The position numbers and the translations under genes were made by a program. Below, one piece after another: positions 48,750 to 57,298 of a stretch of 64,000 bases of DNA. How positions within the stretch are numbered: the first letter of the stretch is position 1; each line of letters starts with the position of its first letter. The stretch is from an uncultured SAR86 cluster bacterium (GTDB lineage: Bacteria; Pseudomonadota; Gammaproteobacteria; Magnimaribacterales; D2472). The notes beneath the pieces were generated by a model. It was not told where the DNA came from and ran no database searches. It saw only the letters and a list, made by a program, of their open reading frames with translations. Where the stretch lies: positions 3,049-67,048 of the forward strand of contig CACDCN010000001.1 in NCBI GenBank assembly GCA_902551185.1. The letters run 5' to 3'.

Positions 48750-50051
48750 TTATACCTCCAATGCTGGTTTGCAACTTTTTAATTCTTTTTTAAGTCTTTC
48801 TCTAAAGGCTGGGTCATCCACTGTTATGGTGTGTCTTGGGGTGTCTAACTGAGGGACATCTGGGTTTGCCATTTCTTTAGCAAGCAAATCTTTTATAGGT
48901 TTTTTTGGCTTCCATTGTCCTAATAAATGTCTTGCAGCAAGTTTTGACTGAAGCTCCGCACCAGGCCATATACACCCTAGTGGCTGGAATAAGCCAATAA
49001 AATATATGTTATTTATATCTGCAGGTATCATTCTATGTAATAAAGGCACCATACCTTCTTCATAATTTATAAAATCTTTATCAAAAAAAGAATGCTTTAT
49101 TCTAAATCCGGTACAAGCTATAACCACATCAAATTCTTCTTCATGACCATCAATAAAAGTAACTTTATTATTATTAAATTCTTTTATGTCTTTTTGTGGA
49201 CTTACCTTGCCATGTCGTACTGCATAATACAGCTCAGAGTTGACAGTTGGATGAGTTGCAAATATAGGTTGAGTAGGTTTTTGTAACCCAATGTCTTCAT
49301 TTTTGCCCTGGAATCTTTCAAGCATAAATCTTATGAAGGGAGCCCTAAAAATTCTTGGAACCCATCTATTTTTCATTGCATATAAGTCTGTTGGTAGTCC
49401 GTACATAAATTTTGGAATTAAGTAATAGCCCCTTCTCCAACTTATTGAGATTGATTTTGCAACTCTTGCTGTCTCAACAGCTACATCACAAGCTGAATTG
49501 CCTCCCCCAATAACAAGCACCCTTTTGTCTTTAAATGGTTTTGCTGACTTAAAATCATGCGAATGAATAAATTCGCCTGTAAATTTCCCTGGGTAATCAG
49601 GGTACCTTGGCTCATGATGATGACCATTGCATACTACCAATGCATCATATATGTCTGTTCTGACCTGATCTGATTCTAATTCCTTCCATGTAATTTCCCA
49701 TTTATCAGATTCTATTTGCTTGCAATGTTGCACCTCTGTGCCAAATTTAATTAACTTTCTAATATCAAAGTGATCGGTGTAGTTATTGAAATATTCCAAT
49801 AAATCTTTGTGAGAGGGATAGTCAGCTGCGTTTTCAGGTAATGGGTAATCCTCATAATAAGAAGTATATTTTGAACTTATAATGTGCGTTGTCTCAAAAA
49901 CACTTGAATGTCCTGATGGATCATTAAACCTCCAATTTCCTCCTACTCCTTGGCATCTCTCAAACGCCGTCACCTCAAAACCAAGATCTGAAAAATTTTT
50001 TATTGCAGTTATCCCACAAGGTCCTGCTCCTATTATTGCTACTTTATTCAT
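48750..50051 (-). CDS. flavin-containing monooxygenase (class B FMO)
   Basis: 433 aa with GAGPCG (FAD), the FMO motif FTGEFIHSHDF and GGGNSACD (NADPH). Confidence 0.85.
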   Translation of the reverse strand: MNKVAIIGAGPCGITAIKNFSDLGFEVTAFERCQGVGGNWRFNDPSGHSSVFETTHIISSKYTSYYEDYPLPENAADYPSHKDLLEYFNNYTDHFDIRKLIKFGTEVQHCKQIESDKWEITWKELESDQVRTDIYDALVVCNGHHHEPRYPDYPGKFTGEFIHSHDFKSAKPFKDKRVLVIGGGNSACDVAVETARVAKSISISWRRGYYLIPKFMYGLPTDLYAMKNRWVPRIFRAPFIRFMLERFQGKNEDIGLQKPTQPIFATHPTVNSELYYAVRHGKVSPQKDIKEFNNNKVTFIDGHEEEFDVVIACTGFRIKHSFFDKDFINYEEGMVPLLHRMIPADINNIYFIGLFQPLGCIWPGAELQSKLAARHLLGQWKPKKPIKDLLAKEMANPDVPQLDTPRHTITVDDPAFRERLKKELKSCKPALEV

Positions 50052-50887
50052 AACTTATGTTTTGTTTTTGGAGGGCCAAAGAAAAAATACATTGCTTCAT
50101 TTATATTTTTTGCCTCCATCATATCTTTAAATATCTGTTGCCATCCCATAAATGTAATTTTAGTTGGATTAAACGTATTAACATTATTAACTAATCCATA
50201 TTTTACCGATTCTTTTTCAGGCTCAAAAGTGCCAAACATACGATCCCATATTATTAAAAGATTGCCATAATTTTTATCTATATATTGGCTGTTTGCTCCA
50301 TGATGAACTCTATGATGCGAAGGAGTGTTAAAAATCCACTCAAGTGGTCCCAACTTACCAACAATTTGAGTATGGCCAACTATTCCCCACAAGGTGCTTA
50401 TTACTCCTGCGACTGCAATTATTGTTGGATCAAATCCCAACAATGGCATAACCATGAAAAATGGAACTTTGGATAATGGTCCAAACCAAGCCTGCCTAAA
50501 AGACACAGCAAAATTCATTTCTTCACTTGAGTGATGGCTCATATGAATCGCCCATAGGAAATTAACTCTATGAGAAATACGATGGTAAATATAAAAAACT
50601 AAATCTATCATCACAAAAGTTGCAACCCATATCATCCAAACTGGCATCAGGTCTGATAAATTAAATAACTTAAATTTGAATAAATAAAAATGAAGAGCAA
50701 GGGTTGCGCCTTTTAAAGCAAAAACCATAAGAATATTTCCAGTTAATAACCCAATTGTGCATAAACTATCATTCTTCTTGTATAGGTTCTTGTTATATGC
50801 ACTAGAGAACATCACCTCAATTAAGATCATAGCCAATACTATCGGGGCGCCAATTGCGTAAACCTGATTAATGGTTAATTCAGTCAT
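50048..50887 (-). CDS. fatty acid hydroxylase / sterol desaturase family membrane di-iron oxygenase
   Basis: 279 aa with histidine boxes HRISH, HMSHH and HHRVHH. 4-nt overlap with the FMO gene. Confidence 0.83.
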   Translation of the reverse strand: MTELTINQVYAIGAPIVLAMILIEVMFSSAYNKNLYKKNDSLCTIGLLTGNILMVFALKGATLALHFYLFKFKLFNLSDLMPVWMIWVATFVMIDLVFYIYHRISHRVNFLWAIHMSHHSSEEMNFAVSFRQAWFGPLSKVPFFMVMPLLGFDPTIIAVAGVISTLWGIVGHTQIVGKLGPLEWIFNTPSHHRVHHGANSQYIDKNYGNLLIIWDRMFGTFEPEKESVKYGLVNNVNTFNPTKITFMGWQQIFKDMMEAKNINEAMYFFFGPPKTKHKL

Positions 50888-50969
50888 TAAAAAATTTTAT
50901 ATTTTAGATCCTGCATATGTATATTATGTCTATAATTAGCAGTGCGAAGCAAACTTTAAGGGGTTAAAT

Positions 50970-51407
50970 ATGTTCGAAGTGTATCAATCTTCTCTAATAG
51001 GATTATGGCTAATATTAGCAACTATCATGATTCAGGCAATGGTTGCTATTAGGGTCCATCGTAGGCAGAAGGGGGGATATAAGCCCGGTATTGTTGACCC
51101 CTCTTTAGATCATTCATCATTTGTTTTTAGAACACATAGAACTTTCCAAAACTCCATAGAAAATATTATCCCAATGTTAGGAATGTCAGTTATTGCAATG
51201 CTTAGCGAGTATTCAGCCTCTAGACTTTCAACGATAATATGGATATATGCTATTTCAAGAATTATTTATATGATTCTTTACTATAAGATTGCGACTAATA
51301 AAAATCCTAGTAAAAGGAGTATTTTTTGGGCAATTGGTTTTCTGGTAAATGTATACCTTATAGTAGATTTAGGATTTTACCTTTTAGCATCATATTTATA
51401 CGGCTAA
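50970..51407 (+). CDS. MAPEG-family membrane protein (glutathione-transferase-like)
   Basis: 145 aa with 4 TM helices and an FRTHRTFQNSIENIIP motif (R..H.N..E..P). Confidence 0.62.
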   Translation: MFEVYQSSLIGLWLILATIMIQAMVAIRVHRRQKGGYKPGIVDPSLDHSSFVFRTHRTFQNSIENIIPMLGMSVIAMLSEYSASRLSTIIWIYAISRIIYMILYYKIATNKNPSKRSIFWAIGFLVNVYLIVDLGFYLLASYLYG

Positions 51408-51853
51408 AAAGATTTTAGTAAGGTTTTAATATTAGACATAAGGCTTGGATTGCCTTTAAAACTTTTAATTGATTTATCTGGCTCATTCCATTTATTTGCT
51501 GAATCGGTAAAAAAATTAGAATCTATCTTAACCCAACTCGAATCATCTAATGTGCCTGCTTTAATGAAGACAATGTGTGAAAGCTCTTTCTGATAACTTA
51601 GCACACCTGATCCGCAATTAGGACAAAATCCTCTGCTAACATGATTGCCTGAAGTGCCTTGGCTTTCAAAAAACTTTAAATCGCCATTCATCTCAACATA
51701 TTTCTTTGCAATAAATAAAATTGTGGCTTTTCCTGACCCGGTTGCTCTTTGACAATCCTTGCAATGACAATGATGCGCTGAAATAACCTTATTTGCATTA
51801 AAAGCATATGATATTTCGCCACACTGACATCTACCTCTTTGGATGTTGTTCAT
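51404..51853 (-). CDS. GFA-family (glutathione-dependent formaldehyde-activating / CENP-V-like) zinc protein
   Basis: 149 aa with CQCGE, CHCKDCQRATG and CPNCG cysteine motifs. Confidence 0.8.
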   Translation of the reverse strand: MNNIQRGRCQCGEISYAFNANKVISAHHCHCKDCQRATGSGKATILFIAKKYVEMNGDLKFFESQGTSGNHVSRGFCPNCGSGVLSYQKELSHIVFIKAGTLDDSSWVKIDSNFFTDSANKWNEPDKSIKSFKGNPSLMSNIKTLLKSF

Positions 51854-51884
51854 AAATTTATTCTACAGTAAACTCATGACAATC

Positions 51885-52343
51885 ATGAAAAATTACAAAA
51901 AATTACTTCTAACTTTCTTTATTTTCATGGCATGCAGTGTTAGTGCAGAAGTTGTTATTGATGAATATGGTTGTAAAACAAGGTTGACTCAGATGCTAAT
52001 ACCCGATTGGCCTAATGCTAATTACCAAGGTTATAGTATTGTTAGCTTTAATATTAATGAAGATGGTGAAATCTCAAAGTCTATTATTAAAGAATCTAAG
52101 TGCGCTATGGAAAGAGATAAAAATGGAATTATAGTTTTTGAGACATGTCCTTTCTTTAAAAAAGTTTCTTTTGCTGCATCAAAATATTTAAAGTATAAAA
52201 AACCTATTAATAAAGAAGGCTTGCCCTGTTCTATTGAAAATCATAAATATAAATATAATTTCTCTTTATATAATATTGAAATAAAGAACAATGATTTTCT
52301 ATTAAGAGAAGAGTATGAAGCTATGATGTATGATTCAAAATAA
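51885..52343 (+). CDS. secreted stand-alone TonB C-terminal-domain-like protein
   Basis: Start at MKNYKKLLLTFFIFMACSVSA (signal peptide). Contains PDWPNANYQGYSIVSFNINEDGEISK and C...C..F..A..KYLKYKKP. This parallels the TonB C-terminus encoded at 1932-2633 (PIYPRRAQERGTMGYALVSFTITETGSV ... C...C ... LKLKYKPK). Confidence 0.45.
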   Translation: MKNYKKLLLTFFIFMACSVSAEVVIDEYGCKTRLTQMLIPDWPNANYQGYSIVSFNINEDGEISKSIIKESKCAMERDKNGIIVFETCPFFKKVSFAASKYLKYKKPINKEGLPCSIENHKYKYNFSLYNIEIKNNDFLLREEYEAMMYDSK

Positions 52344-52350
52344 TCCTTAA

Positions 52351-52743
52351 TTACTTAATTCTCAACAATCCACATAATTTATGTCCTGTTGGGTCTCTTA
52401 AGTAGGCTAAGTACATACTAAATCTATCATAATCACGAATGCCTGGCGCTTCTTCAATTGAGGTTCCTCCATTTTCAATTCCTGCCTTATGCCATTGATC
52501 TCCTTGCTCTATGCTTTCTAAATTAAATCCAATCGTTGCTCCATTAGCAACAGTTGCTTTATTGCCATCAATTGGCTCTGTAATTGAGAAACTTGTTCCT
52601 TGAAAGTTATAAAAATATCTTTTTTGACCAGTTCGACTTGGATACATTTTCCCTGGGCCTGCACCAAGTACTTCAAATAACTTGTCATAAAATATTTTAG
52701 ATTCTTCTATATCATTTGTACCTACCATTATATGACTAAACAT
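52351..52743 (-). CDS. VOC (glyoxalase/bleomycin-resistance/dioxygenase) family protein
   Basis: 130 aa, single VOC domain, N-terminus MFSHIMVGTNDIEESKIFY. Confidence 0.8.
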   Translation of the reverse strand: MFSHIMVGTNDIEESKIFYDKLFEVLGAGPGKMYPSRTGQKRYFYNFQGTSFSITEPIDGNKATVANGATIGFNLESIEQGDQWHKAGIENGGTSIEEAPGIRDYDRFSMYLAYLRDPTGHKLCGLLRIK

Positions 52744-52758
52744 AAATTCACTCCTTTA

Positions 52759-53670
52759 TTAAAATAAATTAACTAATGAATAAGAAAATATTAGTGTAAA
52801 TGTCCACAAAACAAAAGCTACAGAAAATGTTTTGATATCTATCTGCTTCATTGCCTCTAAGCTAATCTGGGCCCCAATACAAAAAAGGGCTGCAACTAAG
52901 AATATCTGACTCATTGAATCCAATGCTAATAAAGTTTGCTCTTCAAAATTTAATGCTGAGCCCAATACAATTGCTAAAATAAAGATAAAAACGAAGATTG
53001 GAAATTTTGGTTTTGTGCTCTTTTCATCTTTATAAAAAATACCAAGGATTACAATCAATGGTATTAACCAAATTGTTCTTCCCAGCTTTAAAGTGGTAGC
53101 TACTTCTAAAGCAGCTCCCCCATAAGCCATTGCTGCGCCTACAACCGAACTGGTATCATGAATTGCCATTGCTGCCCATGCACCAAAACTCACATCAGCC
53201 ATACCTATGCTATTTGCAATTAATGGGAATAGCGCTATTGCCAAAGCATTAAATGAAAAAATAATAGCCATAGAAACTAATAATTCTCTTGGTTTTGCTT
53301 TTATTAATGGAGAAATTGCTGCCATTGCTGTCGCGCCACAAATTGCAGTCCCAGACGCTATTAAAAGAGCAAGTCTTTTTTCTATGTTAAAAATTTTACC
53401 TAATAAGAGTCCTGTTAAAAATACAACAAATACAAAAATTGAAATATATGGAAAATATAGAGCAGTTAATTCAAGGGCACTAGATGCTGATATGGTTAAA
53501 CCTAAAATTACTATTCCTGCTTGAAGAAATTTTGTTCCAATTGATTTGCTTATAAAGTCATCTGGTAATTTAAAAATTAACGCAAATCCCATGCCTGTTA
53601 CTAAAGCCAATAATGGTGATCCTATTAAAATAGCTAAAATTGCTAACAGTATTCCTATGCAAAGCTTCAT
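52759..53670 (-). CDS. YeiH/UPF0324 family membrane protein (putative sulfate exporter family)
   Basis: 303 aa with about 9-10 TM helices. The Gly/Ala-rich helices pattern is typical of UPF0324. The family call is from memory. Confidence 0.6.
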   Translation of the reverse strand: MKLCIGILLAILAILIGSPLLALVTGMGFALIFKLPDDFISKSIGTKFLQAGIVILGLTISASSALELTALYFPYISIFVFVVFLTGLLLGKIFNIEKRLALLIASGTAICGATAMAAISPLIKAKPRELLVSMAIIFSFNALAIALFPLIANSIGMADVSFGAWAAMAIHDTSSVVGAAMAYGGAALEVATTLKLGRTIWLIPLIVILGIFYKDEKSTKPKFPIFVFIFILAIVLGSALNFEEQTLLALDSMSQIFLVAALFCIGAQISLEAMKQIDIKTFSVAFVLWTFTLIFSYSLVNLF

Positions 53671-54509
53671 TTAGTATGTTCTATTAGTAAGGTTGGAACA
53701 TTGTTGGTGTGGGATTTTATGGTAGCTACCAAGGTATTTTCTTTTAAGCCACTTCTAATATCAGTTATCTCAACACCCTCCTTAATAAGTCTTCCATGAG
53801 TTTTTCCAATCGATTCAACCTCCCATGCCAAACCCCATAAACTATCCAATGAATCCTTGTCATCTTTCTTTTCAACCACCTCTATGGTGGTCTTATTTAA
53901 TCTGAAAAATAACATCCTGCTATTCCAATGTTCTATTACTTTATCTAGAGCAAGCCTGATATCAAATTCATTTTTATAAATATCTATAAACCCATCAGCA
54001 TCATTTGTATTAATAACTACGTGATCCAATTTATTGAAAGCGGTATCTGGATATGAGTCTATTGATGGGAGCTTTCCTTCGGTATGTTCGATAATAAAAG
54101 AAAAAAGCCCTCGAGTAAGCTCTGGCGGCAAAAAAAGATTTTTCCATTTTCTTATAGATTGATTATTAGAGTTTGTGCCTTCACCTAGCAATGGATCATT
54201 CATCATGTAGCCATTATCTTTTAATACTCTAGTAACCTTATCAATATTTTCTGTGCCAAAAACTATTCCTGTTAACCCCTCGCCCTTTTTCTGTATTGCA
54301 TCATTGACCAACGCAGCGCCTAATCCCTCTCCTTTTGCAGATAAAAGTTCAAAATAAGTATTCTTAAAATTAAAAATTGAATTAGCGGTGCCCAGCTCTT
54401 TGTGTTCGCCCTTCCACACCGGATCAATACCAAAAACTTTTTGATAATTTTTTTCTGCCTCATCAAGATCCTTAACAGCTACTATAAGATGGTCTAGTGT
54501 ATTTATCAT
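53667..54509 (-). CDS. two-domain VOC family protein
   Basis: 280 aa with two glyoxalase-like modules (LDHLIVAVKDLDEAEKNY and LDHVVINTNDADGF). Confidence 0.7.
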   Translation of the reverse strand: MINTLDHLIVAVKDLDEAEKNYQKVFGIDPVWKGEHKELGTANSIFNFKNTYFELLSAKGEGLGAALVNDAIQKKGEGLTGIVFGTENIDKVTRVLKDNGYMMNDPLLGEGTNSNNQSIRKWKNLFLPPELTRGLFSFIIEHTEGKLPSIDSYPDTAFNKLDHVVINTNDADGFIDIYKNEFDIRLALDKVIEHWNSRMLFFRLNKTTIEVVEKKDDKDSLDSLWGLAWEVESIGKTHGRLIKEGVEITDIRSGLKENTLVATIKSHTNNVPTLLIEHTK

Positions 54510-55000
54510 TCCTTATGCTTATACCATCTTGGTATATCCCTTTTTTTCCAAGTACAAAAATGTGCTTTCTCTCCCATATAGAAATTCTGATAAGCAATTA
54601 TTGAGTCATCGCACTTATATTCATCAGGCATACATTGCGGTGGCTGTTTAAAAGGCATGTCTTTTTGAATATTTTCTGGTGGCATTTCTAGAACATCTCT
54701 TAATAATAAATCTGTTGAATGTTTTTTTTCATATCTATAGGAGTATTCGTCTGATAAAGCTACAAATAAGCTGTATAACCAATTATATTGTGCTTCATTT
54801 TCTCTTGTCCAAACTGTACTTGGATGGTTTAAATGCGCTCTTTTATACATAGAAAGACTATCTGCTCTTTCATCACCATCTCGCTCTCGATGAGCTGTTG
54901 ATAACATTTGTGCGTATTCCAATATCATTTTTACACAGTGTTTATCATTATGCTCAATGGCAGCAATTTTTGGATCTTTATTTAAATAAAAAATATTCAT
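54506..55000 (-). CDS. conserved hypothetical protein (MNIFYL..DP..AA....DKH..KMILE.AQ.LS family)
   Basis: 164-aa ORF. The N-terminal motif recalls a family I remember from marine bacteria, phages and large DNA viruses, with no function known to me. 4-nt overlap with the downstream VOC gene. Confidence 0.5.
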   Translation of the reverse strand: MNIFYLNKDPKIAAIEHNDKHCVKMILEYAQMLSTAHRERDGDERADSLSMYKRAHLNHPSTVWTRENEAQYNWLYSLFVALSDEYSYRYEKKHSTDLLLRDVLEMPPENIQKDMPFKQPPQCMPDEYKCDDSIIAYQNFYMGEKAHFCTWKKRDIPRWYKHKE

Positions 55001-55031
55001 TAATTATTTGTTATATATTTTTGGTAAAAAT

Positions 55032-55256
55032 TTACGTTTGAGATTTATGAGTTCTACTTTCAATTTGTTCATTAATACTTTTTGCGCAATCACTGGCAGC
55101 TGTTTCAAATAAGAAAGGGAAAATAGAATGAATAATTGCTGCGATTCCAGAGAATATCATCTTAATTCCATATTTTGCAGAGCACCTTTGATGTTGAAAA
55201 TATGTTTCCCCGACTGCCTTTGGATGGCTAGTAAATAATTTAATAATTTTGTTCAA
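55032..55256 (-). CDS. small membrane protein (DUF6356-like)
   Basis: 74 aa with HPKAVGETYFQHQRCSAKYG followed by one TM helix. The family call is from memory. Confidence 0.45.
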   Translation of the reverse strand: MNKIIKLFTSHPKAVGETYFQHQRCSAKYGIKMIFSGIAAIIHSIFPFLFETAASDCAKSINEQIESRTHKSQT

Positions 55257-55288
55257 ACTAAAAATAGTCTACAGGATATTTTTCTTTT

Positions 55289-55567
55289 TTAAAAACCCTT
55301 TTCTTCCTTAAGCAGTCTTCTTTTAGTCTTTTCTCCTCCTGGCCCACTATACCCGCCAATACCTCCATCAGATCTGATTGCTCTATGACATGGAATCTCT
55401 ATTGGCCTTGGATTCTTGCCGCATGCATTTGCAACTGCCCTAGATGAATTGGGGTGTCCAATTGCTATTGCTATTTCTTTATATGATCTTGTGTGTCCTC
55501 GCGGAATCTTTTTAAGTTGTGCCCAAACTTTTTTTTGAAAGATTGTTCCAGATATTCTTTTATTCAA
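55289..55567 (-). CDS. MGMT-family methylated-DNA--protein-cysteine methyltransferase, C-terminal domain only
   Basis: 92 aa with the active-site IPCHRAI and an HTH-like region (SYKEIAIAIGHPNSSRAVANAC). Confidence 0.85.
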   Translation of the reverse strand: MNKRISGTIFQKKVWAQLKKIPRGHTRSYKEIAIAIGHPNSSRAVANACGKNPRPIEIPCHRAIRSDGGIGGYSGPGGEKTKRRLLKEEKGF

Positions 55568-55573
55568 TTTAAT

Positions 55574-55894
55574 TTACGATTTAAATAAGTTCACAATTGT
55601 AACGCCTATTACAATTAAAAATAATCCAGCAATTGTTTGCCAATTTAAAGTTTGTTTATAAAAAATATAGCTCAAAATAGCTATCGAAAATATTCCTATC
55701 CCAGACCATGAGGCATAAACAATTGAAAGGGGAAGTTTTTGAGAAACGATTGCAAGAAAATAGAAAGACATTCCATATGAGGTTAGCAATATTGCTGTTG
55801 GGGCTATTTTTGTAAAATTTTGTGATGCTGGTAAAAGCATGGTGCCAACAACCTCTAATGCAATTGCTATAAAAAGCAATGCATAGACATTCAT
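55574..55894 (-). CDS. SMR-family small multidrug-resistance transporter (EmrE/Qac-like)
   Basis: MNVYALLFIAIALEVVGT carries the membrane Glu, and YASWSGIG is present. 4 TM helices. The ATG at 55894 is preferred over the GTG at 55906. Confidence 0.85.
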   Translation of the reverse strand: MNVYALLFIAIALEVVGTMLLPASQNFTKIAPTAILLTSYGMSFYFLAIVSQKLPLSIVYASWSGIGIFSIAILSYIFYKQTLNWQTIAGLFLIVIGVTIVNLFKS

Positions 55895-55918
55895 TTTTCT
55901 ACCCACAGCATAAAGTTG

Positions 55919-57298
55919 TTATTTTTCATTATTAATTTGCCAAATTGTGCCGCAAGCATTTTCATTACATCTATCTACTAACTTTGTTGAAAGTGTAAAA
56001 TTATTTTCTTCTATTGATAAATTATTTAAATCAGGAATTACATTTCTTGTGGTTACTCCTATTACCTTGCAACTATTATTTTGAGTGTTGTTACTCCACC
56101 AACTAATTGTATCTTTTGCAGACAGAACAGGTCTTTGAATGTTTGAATAAAGTTCTTCAGCCGCAAAATATATTATTTCATCAAATTCTGAACGAAAAAG
56201 AATGTTTGAATCAAAGCCAGTTTCATTTTCAAAAAATAAAGGCATTCCATCACATTCTGCTTGATGTGAGCTTGCAATTATTCCTTCAAAATTTGTATAT
56301 GGAGTTATTGCTCGTGGACCATACAAAAGAATAATAAGTAAAAACGAAGCAATTTTTAAACCCATAAAATGCTTTCTCTCAAGATGAGTTATTAAAAATA
56401 AAGATAAAAAGGGGAAAAATGCTGTGAAATATCTGCCCTGATAGAAGGGGGACGTAATAGCCGAATAAGTAAAAATAATAACTATAGAAAAAATTATAGG
56501 ACTTATATCAAATAGGATCTTTTTAAATTTCTTTTTTGACATACTAAAAAGTAAAAAAATCCCAGTTATTATCAAAGGGATCATAAATGCTCCCGTATTT
56601 CTTATATGTCTAAAGTAAGAATCAATATGGTAATCGTTATTTAAAAGAACGCTTCCAGAAGAAAAAATTAATACAAACGAACATGATATAAAAATTACAA
56701 TTAATACAAAGCATCTTTTAAATATAGAATTGTTTTCAATAAAAAACTTAGCCATTACAGATACTACTAACAATCCTGCCAAAGCATGAAAGGCTGATAA
56801 GACTAAGCCTGATAATATGAATAAGTAAAAATAAAAATTTTCATCTTTTGATTTCGTCAATAGGTATGAGGATGAAAAAAGAACTGACCATGAAAATACA
56901 AACCCATAGGTTCTTAATTCAAAAAAGAATCTTAGGAAATATTCTGAGGCAAATAATACAAAAGCAAACATTAATATTCTTTCAAATGAGAGGACTCTTC
57001 TTAATAAAAAGAAAGAAAAAAATACAATCAATAAAGAAATAAAATGTATTGAAACTAAGATATCAAAATTTTTTAATCCGAGCAGATTGAAATAAAGCTT
57101 ATAAATAATAGTATGGAGAAGATAGTTTGGGTCAGCTGTTGTTATTGTAATAATAGAATTTATATCTTTTGAAGTAATCCAGTATTGATAAATCTCATCG
57201 TGCCATAACGGTAATGTCAGTTGAAAAGCAGCAAAGAAAAAAATAACTATAGGAATACTTATATTAAGAAGCATTTCAAAAGTTTTTTTATTGCTCAT
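55919..57298 (-). CDS. polytopic membrane protein, GT-C-type (ArnT/PMT-like) glycosyltransferase candidate
   Basis: About 460 aa with more than 10 TM helices and an acidic first-loop motif LPLWHDEIYQY. A soluble C-terminal domain carries several Cys. The gene is very AT-rich. The call rests on architecture only. Confidence 0.5.
   Translation of the reverse strand: MSNKKTFEMLLNISIPIVIFFFAAFQLTLPLWHDEIYQYWITSKDINSIITITTADPNYLLHTIIYKLYFNLLGLKNFDILVSIHFISLLIVFFSFFLLRRVLSFERILMFAFVLFASEYFLRFFFELRTYGFVFSWSVLFSSSYLLTKSKDENFYFYLFILSGLVLSAFHALAGLLVVSVMAKFFIENNSIFKRCFVLIVIFISCSFVLIFSSGSVLLNNDYHIDSYFRHIRNTGAFMIPLIITGIFLLFSMSKKKFKKILFDISPIIFSIVIIFTYSAITSPFYQGRYFTAFFPFLSLFLITHLERKHFMGLKIASFLLIILLYGPRAITPYTNFEGIIASSHQAECDGMPLFFENETGFDSNILFRSEFDEIIYFAAEELYSNIQRPVLSAKDTISWWSNNTQNNSCKVIGVTTRNVIPDLNNLSIEENNFTLSTKLVDRCNENACGTIWQINNEK

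Noticed and set aside
48750-50051. Calling the FMO a trimethylamine monooxygenase (Tmm).
   Set aside because: Only the generic FMO motifs are present. The region after the FAD motif does not resemble the Tmm sequences I recall, so a substrate-level call is not justified.
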